Assembly: GCF_001564455.1 (NCBI RefSeq)
Contig: NZ_CP011391.1
Coordinates: 2,220,001 to 2,252,000, forward strand
DNA length: 32,000 nt
Direction of reading: 5' to 3'
Origin: Faecalibaculum rodentium
GTDB lineage: Bacteria > Bacillota_I > Bacilli_A > Erysipelotrichales > Erysipelotrichaceae
The notes below the pieces were generated by a model. That model saw only the letters and a program-made list of their open reading frames with translations, had not been told where the DNA came from and searched no databases. The translations under genes were made by a program, and so were the position numbers. Of the stretch, positions 9,001 through 15,670 are shown piece after piece. Each line of letters starts with the position of its first letter. The stretch's first letter is position 1.

Positions 9001-9905
9001 TCCCCAAAACCTGCATAAGGTTTTCCGGGATACTCGATCCTGCTACCGTTGGCTACAAACTGCGTATCTACGCTGTTATTAGCTTTATCAGTATACGAAT
9101 ACCTCTCATATTCGGCATTGCCATTCTGATCGATGCTTTTCGGAGCATAGAAGGTAAATTCAATGACCGGTTCCTTTTCCCCTACAATTCCGTAGACTGA
9201 GAAACTGGTCGCACTAAGCTCGACCTGCTTTACTTCAGTCGAGGTCTGATCGATAGTCGCATCATCCAGAACCTCAATGGCTGCATCATCCGGAAAATGA
9301 ACAACAGAAACAGATTCGTCCTCACTCTTTTCCAGTTTTTCAGGATACTGGATATTGATTTTTACAGTATCAGGTTCTGGCTGGACTTTCTCACCATTGA
9401 ACTCGAACCAGATATCAAAGAACTGTGCAAATGTAACATCTCCTGTAAGCGTGTTATTCGCCCATTCCTTATAGACCTCTGCAGCTTCTCCGGTAACTTC
9501 CTCAACCCGAAAGGCAGCTTCTTCAGGCAGCCCTGACTGCGAGTCATAGGTAGCCATAATTTCCGCATTGCCAATTCTGGTCTTCACAATCTTTTCCGGA
9601 TAAGAGGCATTATCCTCCGTGGGTTCCTCCGATGGAGTTGTGGGTTCTTCCCCCTGTCCGTCCTGAGCAGGTTCTGGTGGTACGGTGACCGTACCTTCAT
9701 CTCCTGTTGGGACTGTACCGGATTCTTCTTCAGCCGCGGGTTCCGGATCTGGCTTAGCTGGCGGTTCGGGTGTGCCTGTCTCCTCCGGGATGACTTCCTC
9801 TGTCGGGACCTCATCCGTGGCTGTGACAGGAATCAGCTGACCCAGAACCATGCTCAATGCCAGAAAAAGGCTGAAGCATAGGGTTATGTGTTTCTTCCTA
9901 ATCAA
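6033..9905 (-). CDS. 1290-aa wall-anchored tip adhesin with multiple Listeria-Bacteroides (Flg_new/InlB B-repeat-like) repeats and a C-terminal pilin-like domain
   Basis: TTG start after AGGAGGGGG. Signal peptide, then a Pro/Glu-rich linker. Repeats include GYTFGGWYGDEACTKIFDF..TVYAKW, YAFVGWFADPQC..LEVYAGW, GYTFVGWALTE..LTAVWKA and GYEFTGWNTMADGSG..LYAQY. The C-terminus is KEGTVPTGINEG plus TM plus RRRQMYR. Confidence 0.85.
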   Translation of the reverse strand: MIRKKHITLCFSLFLALSMVLGQLIPVTATDEVPTEEVIPEETGTPEPPAKPDPEPAAEEESGTVPTGDEGTVTVPPEPAQDGQGEEPTTPSEEPTEDNASYPEKIVKTRIGNAEIMATYDSQSGLPEEAAFRVEEVTGEAAEVYKEWANNTLTGDVTFAQFFDIWFEFNGEKVQPEPDTVKINIQYPEKLEKSEDESVSVVHFPDDAAIEVLDDATIDQTSTEVKQVELSATSFSVYGIVGEKEPVIEFTFYAPKSIDQNGNAEYERYSYTDKANNSVDTQFVANGSRIEYPGKPYAGFGDYVFEDWYYGEYDESGKPVLTGQKVDFETAVETTTRISKPIIAKYVQAKYGVFYDDMDGTVVLAHVRYVDGKIAAAAIKATPAEKNEVFVGWSIEKSGTPIKLDQDGNYTGIETNFYPVFAQAYTLTFSTGEGSYVKPQTVKPDERPTVPEEPHRTGYTFGGWYGDEACTKIFDFEKTLTASATVYAKWEPAETNYTVIYWLQAITDKVETDPKNYEYADSEVLKAVTGSKVSIDDNRIQNKRPLKDSKGNTIYSHKDEEKVVNGDGSTVVNVYYDREIITYIFNGGYLFRQIAAPSSSGEIYGLVDGTYEKLTYRNNGWYYWQGGMILGSWKKYQGSFYERYISEDIVLRGLYGTSLEQNGFTCPTGPWSNEGTGYPFITHFIDPGGNGRTTVEFTKSSQGSRKVEVYKQNIDGKTYRDEADFSQPMNSTGYSSWTFSEVINGFTVDSYWQPSSRSWVATEEGATINIPSGDLRIRYKRNSYSLNFKNGNLDHDTKKILFENSIKDHISDLKVPEYPNNPADADQYAFVGWFADPQCTTLVDFGTLPAGTLASIQRDWGIEKVTKYETMPSSNLEVYAGWYRKKFNVKLNLNGGSLSEEIPVEFSAQYGDELAGDYFTKPQREGYTFVGWALTETLNTNATEYWDPVRKVTSDTELTAVWKATGSFNVVYYDHEHAKKLDSLNIAEEKFADSSAVSLKKPESGHVPDNKSFHGWMLLDKNDQQVGNIYKPGESFVIDAGTMARGDKDIHVQMVVTEPGTTTLTYHKNVAGTGNSSFTVGDIAVNTSISGNEQKPISDFPEDWIREGYEFTGWNTMADGSGKSFAPGITDYAVSKDGPNNLYAQYRRFYTVTVKKTVNGSFGDRFYDFGFTVNGDIDKLQSFTLKSGNQRELKFYEDDVLDLSETAVEGYTTQIKITPLGGSTTTQNVSSLTGYTVKSDTEIEFINTKEGTVPTGINEGSMIPYLALIIAGIGLGITYVLILRRRQMYR

Positions 9906-9948
9906 ATTCCCCCTCCTTTTCTAGTCGGTTTGTTGCCGTCCGCTTTCT

Positions 9949-10023
9949 GTTCCGGAACAACGGAAAGCTTCCGGTGCAGGCTTTGGCTTGTGCCGGAAAT
10001 TATGCCTGCCTGTTTTCCGGCAC
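9949..10023. promoter_or_regulatory. cluster of TTCCGG/CCGGAA palindromes in the pilus operon leader
   Basis: GTTCCGGAAC (9949-9958), CGGAAAGCTTCCGG (9961-9974), and a perfect 10-bp inverted repeat GTGCCGGAAA-14nt-TTTCCGGCAC (9990-10023). Confidence 0.4.
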
Positions 10024-10066
10024 GGACTGTTCAAACCCCTAAGGAGGAAGACAGTCTGCACGTCGG

Positions 10067-10093
10067 TTATTATTCATGCGTTTCCCCTTTCAA
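10067..10093 (-). promoter_or_regulatory. weak sigma-A-like promoter candidate for the pilus operon
   Basis: Minus strand: TTGAAA (10093-10088), 15 nt, TAATAA (10072-10067). Spacing is suboptimal. Co-transcription from the upstream gene is equally possible. Confidence 0.25.
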
Positions 10094-10108
10094 AATGATT
10101 GCTTTCTT

Positions 10109-10630
10109 TTATTCCATAGGCAGAATGGTTCGGCACCACCTGAGGAATGTTGTGTGTGAAATGTTCAGACGTTCTGCCGCTGCCCGGCTGCTGATGCGTC
10201 CCTGCTTGTAGGATTCGCTCAGCATGTCGAATTCTGCCGGGATTTCCTTGGACTTGGGCCCGACCTGGGAAAAGTTTCTGCGCAGGCTCGGTCTTGTACC
10301 GGACTGCCTGAGCTGTTCCTGGGTCTTTTTCATGTACTCCATGATCCGGTCGAGTGTTTCCGGGTCGGCTTTCTGCGAATCCGGATAGTCCAGGACCAGG
10401 ACCCTGGCACCGGTTCCCCGCAGCATGTCCCATCTCTCGCAGATCTGGGCGAAGGTGCAGCCAAGACATACAAGACTGGGAATCGTAACGAGATCCCCAT
10501 CGACAAGAACGTGTGTCAGTTCTTCAAAGGCAGGCATCCGGACATCCCCGACCTGATCAATGAAGATTTTCCCGTCGCAGAAGGGCTCAAACGGCTCGTT
10601 GGGCCGCATGCACGTATATCCATAGTTCAT
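10109..10630 (-). CDS. serine-recombinase (resolvase/invertase) homolog lacking catalytic residues, with C-terminal HTH
   Basis: Start re-picked at MNYGYTCMRPNE (SD GAGAGGAGAG 8 nt upstream). It aligns with Hin/Gin MLIGYVRVSTNDQ, but R-V-S-T is C-M-R-P. The DRLGR box is VCLGC. The C-terminal HTH_7-like motif is GRISSRAAAERLNISHTTFLRWCR. Confidence 0.7.
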   Translation of the reverse strand: MNYGYTCMRPNEPFEPFCDGKIFIDQVGDVRMPAFEELTHVLVDGDLVTIPSLVCLGCTFAQICERWDMLRGTGARVLVLDYPDSQKADPETLDRIMEYMKKTQEQLRQSGTRPSLRRNFSQVGPKSKEIPAEFDMLSESYKQGRISSRAAAERLNISHTTFLRWCRTILPME

Positions 10631-10717
10631 CAACGGTACTCTCCTCTCTGTCATGACCAGTAAATGTGTTGCCTTTGGTTAAGGAACTGTCTGATACTTC
10701 GGATAATAGCATTACAT

Positions 10718-10921
10718 TTACTTTGGTAAAACCCCGGAATGATACAAATGTAATGTTTTTGTTCGTTCTATGTCATATTTGGAACGTTGTTTAAGGAACT
10801 TTCGTTTCATTTTGTAATAAAATGATTCAATTTCGTTCCAGGAGCCGATCCCCGCAATATCCGACGCATTTCCGCAATCTCCCGCTGCCCGGTTCCATCC
10901 ATTCAGATAAAGGAACAACAT
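10718..10921 (-). pseudogene. possible DDE transposase C-terminal fragment
   Basis: WNEIESFYYKMKRKFLKQRSKYDIERTK weakly resembles the N-x2-(I/M)-E-S-F-x3-LK C-terminal box of IS3-type rve transposases. No intact upstream catalytic region. Confidence 0.3.
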
Positions 10922-10991
10922 TTTCCTTTTACTATCACCGCCTTGTTACAAACTTCGTGCAATGTTTTTAGAATTGTCATAGAGGAACCCC

Positions 10992-11407
10992 ATGCGAGAG
11001 AAAAGAAAGAAAAAACCGCTCAATGTGCAGATTGGCCTGCGGATCAAGGAGTGCCGCCTCAACCGGAACATGACACAGGAACATGTATCGGAACTGCCCG
11101 ATGTGACCAGACAGTATGTTTCCGGCCTGGAACGCGGTGTAACAGCGCTTCTGTTGCAACACTCATCCACCTGTGCAAAACCCTGGATACCAGCACCGAC
11201 TACATTCTGCTGGGCAAACGGCCAAGTCCCGACTCGGTGCTCAATGCCCGGTTCAATCAGTTCACGGATGAGCAAAAGGAGAAGATCCTGGACACCATCG
11301 AAGACGTCGCACAGTCTGCGAAACTGCCCGGGCAGCAAAAAAATCTCCGCCCTGAAGACGGAGGCCGTTTGTTTTATGCCGTGTTCGCTATACTGAAACT
11401 GTATTGA
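10992..11407 (+). pseudogene. XRE-family HTH regulator interrupted by a 1-nt frameshift
   Basis: Frame A encodes MREKRKKKPLNVQIGLRIKECRLNRNMTQEHVSELPDVTRQYVSGLERG. The expected continuation NSASVATLIHLCKTLDTSTDYILLGKRP... is in the other frame (ORF 10943..11407). The switch is near 11135-11145. Confidence 0.6.
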
Positions 11408-11615
11408 CAGGACTGAGGCGGTATGAACAGGAACAAAACCGAATACGAACAGGGGTACCGGGACGGGTACCAGGATGCGTGGAAGTCCTCGCTCCGGCGC
11501 TGGCCTGCCGGCTGCACTGGTCCATAGAGGAGACCATGGAGCGTGTGCCGTCGGACATTGACGCCATGCGACTCCATGCTGCACTGGCCTCTGCCGGCCT
11601 TCCGGAAACCCACGA

Positions 11616-11649
11616 CAAAAACAGCGGCTGATCAGGCCGCTGTTTTTTC
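11616..11649. terminator. bidirectional rho-independent terminator
   Basis: AAAAA-ACAGCGGC-TGATCAG-GCCGCTGT-TTTTTT. The stop codon and last codons of the minus-strand HAD gene lie inside the hairpin. Confidence 0.7.
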
Positions 11650-12534
11650 TGCTTTCGCGTCTTTGCACCTCAGCAGGTCTTCCTTTCCTGCCAGGACCAG
11701 ATCGATAGCTTTGCCAATGCCGTTGTTTTCATTGGTGTCCGTCACATAGCTTGCGGCTTCCTTGGCGGTCTCCATGGCATTGCCCATGGCCACCCCGATC
11801 CCCGCTTCCTTGAGCATCGGGATGTCGTTTTCCGCATCGCCGAAGGCCATGACTTCATTCATCGTGCAGCCGACTTTTTCCGCCACTTTCCTCAGGGCGC
11901 TGGCCTTGGAGACACCATGGGGCATGATCTCCAGCCAGTTGTCGCCCACCATCAGCAGGTCGTACGCCTTGAGCTCTTCCCGCAGCTTCGGGAGATTCTT
12001 CTCGAAAAACTTCGGGGAGTGAATCATGCAGACCTTGTTGATATCCTTGTCGATCACCCGCCCCCTGGAGGGCAGGTTGGCGAAGGTGCGCACATCGCTG
12101 GCAGCCTTGAGTCCGTAATCATCCGGTTCTCCCGAAATCACGCGGCGCAGCTGCTTGCGCACCCGCCCGGGCGTGGTCAGGTAGGAGTAGAAGTCGTACC
12201 CGCAGCAGAAGATCCCCTCCACACCATATTTCCGGCATGTGTTCTGGATCTTCACACTGTCTTCGGGCGTCAGGACATCATCCACATCGTATTCTTTGTT
12301 CGCAAAGTCGTAGAGGATCTGGCCGTTCACCAGCGCCAGGAAGTTCTCCCCTTTGTCCAGCCCCAGGGGCTTGTAGACAAATTCACACCCCGCGCGGTCA
12401 CGACCGGTGGCGAGCACCACATGCATGCCTGCGTCGATGGCGCGGTGAATCGCATCCGCCGTGCGCGGATCCACCGTTTGGTCTTTGCGCAGCAGCGTGC
12501 CGTCGAGATCGAAGGCCAGGACTTTGACGGTCAT
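11632..12534 (-). CDS. Cof-type HAD-IIB family hydrolase (sugar-phosphate phosphatase-like)
   Basis: VLAFDLDGTLL, VVLATGR, and FGDAENDIPMLKEAGIGVAMGNAMETAKEAASYVTDTNENNGIGKAI. Confidence 0.9.
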   Translation of the reverse strand: MTVKVLAFDLDGTLLRKDQTVDPRTADAIHRAIDAGMHVVLATGRDRAGCEFVYKPLGLDKGENFLALVNGQILYDFANKEYDVDDVLTPEDSVKIQNTCRKYGVEGIFCCGYDFYSYLTTPGRVRKQLRRVISGEPDDYGLKAASDVRTFANLPSRGRVIDKDINKVCMIHSPKFFEKNLPKLREELKAYDLLMVGDNWLEIMPHGVSKASALRKVAEKVGCTMNEVMAFGDAENDIPMLKEAGIGVAMGNAMETAKEAASYVTDTNENNGIGKAIDLVLAGKEDLLRCKDAKAEKTAA

Positions 12535-13040
12535 CGCTCGAGGAACTCCCAGAGGCCTTCCGTCTTTGCGGTGTCAAAGTCGATGGTGCTGGTGGTGTTC
12601 CAGAGGCTGATCTCTTCGGTCACGACGTTGTAGCCAATGGCTGCTTCATCCGATTTGCCGTTTTCGTAGCGGTAAATCGCGGGGGTGTAGAGAAAATACG
12701 GCTGGAGCTTCAGCCACTCTTTGCCCTCTTCGGTGCTGGAGACCAGGGTCTTGTCCTCTGCGTTTTCCTTCACGAGGTCAAAGTCCGTGGTGTCCAGGCG
12801 GAAGAGGTGCACCTCAGGATGATCCCCTTTTGTCTCTTCGATGTAGTCATTCATGGCCTGGCAGAATTCGCACCCCTCCCGCTCCACGAGCAGCAGGAAG
12901 GTGTCCCCGTCTTCCGCCATGTCCCGGACGTCCTGGACGGTGACGTCTGTGATGGTGAATTCAGAGCGTTTCGTGGTGCACGCGCTCAGAAGCAGAACCG
13001 GCACAAACAGCAGTGCCAGCAGCAGTTTTCCTGGTTTCAT
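12531..13040 (-). CDS. thioredoxin-fold lipoprotein with CEFC motif
   Basis: Start re-picked at MKPGKLLLALLFVPVLLLSAC (lipobox, SD GGAGGA). LLLVEREGCEFCQAMNDYI carries the CxxC motif. The stop overlaps the HAD start (ATGA). Confidence 0.75.
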   Translation of the reverse strand: MKPGKLLLALLFVPVLLLSACTTKRSEFTITDVTVQDVRDMAEDGDTFLLLVEREGCEFCQAMNDYIEETKGDHPEVHLFRLDTTDFDLVKENAEDKTLVSSTEEGKEWLKLQPYFLYTPAIYRYENGKSDEAAIGYNVVTEEISLWNTTSTIDFDTAKTEGLWEFLER

Positions 13041-13098
13041 TCCATCCTCCCTGTACCGAACAGACGTATCTAAGGTCCGAACGGTACTGTTCAAACTG

Positions 13099-13121
13099 TC
13101 CTGCCTGTGCTTCAGGCAGGA
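13099..13121 (-). terminator. stem-loop downstream of glycerate kinase (weak terminator)
   Basis: TCCTGCCTG-TGCTT-CAGGCAGGA, a 9-bp stem with no clean T-run. Confidence 0.35.
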
Positions 13122-13154
13122 GTTCATCTGTTCCTTATTATATATAGGGAATGC

Positions 13155-14303
13155 TCATTTGCGCGCATTCCCTGCCTGCAGGCCGTCAGCGAGCCTGATC
13201 ACACTGTAGGCCAGGTCTTCCAGTTTCTGTTTCCCGGTGCGCAGGGCGGTGGAAAAGTCCATGGCCCGGTCTGCGGTGGAAAACACGCCAATGCACCCGG
13301 CATCATACATCCCTTCATACCCCGGCCCCAGAGCGCCGGAGAGGCAGATGCAGGGCACCTGATGCTTTCGGGCCAGCGCAGCCACACCGTAGGGCACTTT
13401 GCCAAAAAGCGTCTGCCGGTCGGTCTGGCCTTCGCCGGTGATCACAAGGTCAGCTTTCGCAATGGCATCCTCCAGGCCGCTGTACTCCATGATCAGTTCG
13501 ATCCCCGGCACCATGCTGGCACCGCAAACCGACAGAAGCAGACCGCCAATGCCGCCCGCCGCGCCGGATCCTTCCTGGGCATCCATGTCCACATGGAAAG
13601 TCTGGCGGATCTTGTCGCGGTAATGGACCATGGCTTCGTCCACCTGCACCATCTGGGTTTTGTAGAGTCCTTTCTGGCGCCCGAAGACATAGGTGGCGCC
13701 GTTTTCCCCCAGGAGGTGGTTCTTGACGTCGCACGCCACGGTGATCTTCACGTGACGCGGAAGCCGGCAGCGGCGTTTGTCAATAAACGCAATGCGGTCC
13801 AGGCTGTAGGTGCAGGGGGGCAGGATCTGGCGGCTGCTGTCATAGAACACCGCCCCGAATTCCGCCAGCAGCCCCATGCCCCCATCGTTGGTGGCCGTGC
13901 CGCCGAGCCCGATGATGATCTCCTGGGCTCCGCGGTCGATCGCATCCCGCATGAGCATCCCCACGCCGCTGCTGCTGGCAATCATGGGATTGCGGCGTTC
14001 CCGCGGTGTGCGGTTCAGACCAATGGCACTGGCCGCATCCATGATCGCCACTTTGTCTTTCTCATTCCAGCAGTATCTCGCCGTGACGGGTTTTCCATAG
14101 GCGTCCGCCACGCTGCATTCCACGAGCCTGCCTTTGCTGTAGCGGGCGAAGACCTCCGAGGTGCCTTCGCCGCCATCTGCCATGGGATAGGCGTGGACTT
14201 TGTGTTCCGGGTTGGCCCGGATAATTCCTTTTTCTATGCTGCGCACCGCTTCAGGAGCACTCATGCATCCTTTGAAGGAGTCGCAGGCGACTACGATATT
14301 CAT
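13155..14303 (-). CDS. glxK: glycerate kinase
   Basis: MNIVVACDSFKGCMSAPEA..., full-length 382 aa with a typical glycerate kinase N-terminus and GLGGTATNDGGMGLL. Confidence 0.9.
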   Translation of the reverse strand: MNIVVACDSFKGCMSAPEAVRSIEKGIIRANPEHKVHAYPMADGGEGTSEVFARYSKGRLVECSVADAYGKPVTARYCWNEKDKVAIMDAASAIGLNRTPRERRNPMIASSSGVGMLMRDAIDRGAQEIIIGLGGTATNDGGMGLLAEFGAVFYDSSRQILPPCTYSLDRIAFIDKRRCRLPRHVKITVACDVKNHLLGENGATYVFGRQKGLYKTQMVQVDEAMVHYRDKIRQTFHVDMDAQEGSGAAGGIGGLLLSVCGASMVPGIELIMEYSGLEDAIAKADLVITGEGQTDRQTLFGKVPYGVAALARKHQVPCICLSGALGPGYEGMYDAGCIGVFSTADRAMDFSTALRTGKQKLEDLAYSVIRLADGLQAGNARK

Positions 14304-14420
14304 AGGTTTATTGTACTCAAGCCGTGTATGCCTGTAAAAACTGTTTGTCCTCTGGCAGGCTCTCCATCGGCATATCGACCAACCAGGCCATCATCGGCCT
14401 CACGGGCACAGGAACCACAC

Positions 14421-14450
14421 TTGTGTTTTGCCGGTGTCGAACTATATACT
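14421..14450 (+). promoter_or_regulatory. candidate promoter for coaBC
   Basis: TTGTGT (14421-14426), 16 nt, TATATA/TATACT (14443-14450). SD GGAGG lies 8 nt before ATG 14492. Confidence 0.35.
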
Positions 14451-14491
14451 GAATTGATTGAAATCCAGAATGAATCGAGGAGGGACTGTTC

Positions 14492-15670
14492 ATGGAACCC
14501 AAGCATATTCTGATTGTCGTGACGGGCGGGATCGCGGCGTACAAAGCCTGCGATCTGACAAGCCGGCTGTCGAAGACCGGACATGAGATCCGGGTGGTGA
14601 TGACGGAACACGCCACGAAGTTTGTCACGCCTCTCACCTTTGAGTCCCTCTGTCACAGGCCGGTGCTGACATCGCTGTTCGAAGACCACCCGGAGGATCC
14701 CATCGCGCATGTGAATCTCGCGAAGTGGGCAGATGTGGTGTGTGTGGTGCCGGCAACGGCGAACATCATCGGCAAGATCGCCCACGGAATCGCGGATGAC
14801 CTGGCAAGCACCGTGTGTCTGGCTGCATACCGCAAGCGCATCCTGTGTCCGGCGATGAATGTGCATATGTATGAAAACGAGGCGGTGCAGGACAACCTGC
14901 GGGTGCTCAGAAACCGGGGCTGGGAGATCCTGGAACCGGTGAGCGGTCTGCTGGCGTGTCAGGATGAAGGCAAGGGCAAGCTGCCGCCGGTGGAAACCAT
15001 TGCGGAGACGGTGCTTTCTTCGCTGCATGACAAGCCCCTGGCGGGAAAGCGCGTGGTGGTCACTGCCGGCCCGACGCAGGAGGCGCTGGATCCCGTGCGG
15101 TTCATTTCCAATCACTCGACGGGTAAGCAGGGGTATGCGATCGCCCGGGCGGCGCGAAATCTCGGGGCAGAGACGGTGCTCATTACCGGTCCGGTGTCTC
15201 TGGCGGCTCCTTCGGAGATGGAGGTCGTGCCGGTGGTTTCGGCGCGGGAGATGTTCGAGGCGGTGAAAGCCCGTCAGGATGCGGACATTTTTGTGCTGGC
15301 GGCGGCAGTGTCGGATTTCCGGCCGAAGGTCGTATCGGATCAGAAGATCAAGAAACGGGATGCGGCGCTGGTGACGGAGCTGGAACCCAATCCGGATATT
15401 CTGGCGTGGCTGGGGGAACACAAGCGGCCGGGGCAGAAGCTGGTGGGCTTCGCGATGGAAACCCAGAATCTGGAGGAAAATGCCAGGCACAAGCTGGAGG
15501 CCAAGCACTGCAATCTGCTGGTGGCCAATGACCTGTTTGTGCCGGGGGCCGGATTCGGGACGGATACAAATGTGGTGCTGTTCATTACGCCGGAAAAAAC
15601 ACGGCGGCTGGAAAAGACCACGAAGGAGGATCTGGGATACAGGATCCTGGAGGAGGCAGCAGGATGTTGA
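14492..15670 (+). CDS. coaBC: bifunctional phosphopantothenoylcysteine decarboxylase / phosphopantothenate-cysteine ligase
   Basis: KHILIVVTGGIAAYKACDLTSRL (flavoprotein domain). The C-terminal CoaB domain carries AAVSDFRP and KKRD. Confidence 0.95.
   Translation: MEPKHILIVVTGGIAAYKACDLTSRLSKTGHEIRVVMTEHATKFVTPLTFESLCHRPVLTSLFEDHPEDPIAHVNLAKWADVVCVVPATANIIGKIAHGIADDLASTVCLAAYRKRILCPAMNVHMYENEAVQDNLRVLRNRGWEILEPVSGLLACQDEGKGKLPPVETIAETVLSSLHDKPLAGKRVVVTAGPTQEALDPVRFISNHSTGKQGYAIARAARNLGAETVLITGPVSLAAPSEMEVVPVVSAREMFEAVKARQDADIFVLAAAVSDFRPKVVSDQKIKKRDAALVTELEPNPDILAWLGEHKRPGQKLVGFAMETQNLEENARHKLEAKHCNLLVANDLFVPGAGFGTDTNVVLFITPEKTRRLEKTTKEDLGYRILEEAAGC

Noticed and set aside
8541-9200. 219-aa plus-strand ORF inside the adhesin gene, plus other short plus ORFs at 6073-9536
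   Set aside because: Antisense to the 1290-aa adhesin. The Phe/Ile/Ser-rich composition is an artefact of the AT-rich antisense frame.
9906-10630. Invertible-promoter (phase-variation) switch for the pilus operon driven by the adjacent recombinase
   Set aside because: The recombinase homolog lacks the Ser nucleophile and the conserved Arg residues. The only inverted repeat (9990-10023) encloses 14 nt, too small to carry a promoter. It is more likely an operator or hairpin.
11404-11631. 75-aa ORF as an intact gene
   Set aside because: It has a TTG start without an SD. The N-terminal part is better explained by the MNRNKTEYEQGYRDGYQDAW frame starting at 11423, so the locus looks frameshifted rather than intact. 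It is described under findings only.
13107-14513. 468-aa plus-strand ORF overlapping glycerate kinase
   Set aside because: It is antisense to a clearly recognisable gene. It has an Arg/Gly/His/Ala/Pro-rich composition typical of the reverse frame of GC-rich coding DNA, no SD, and no recognisable motifs.
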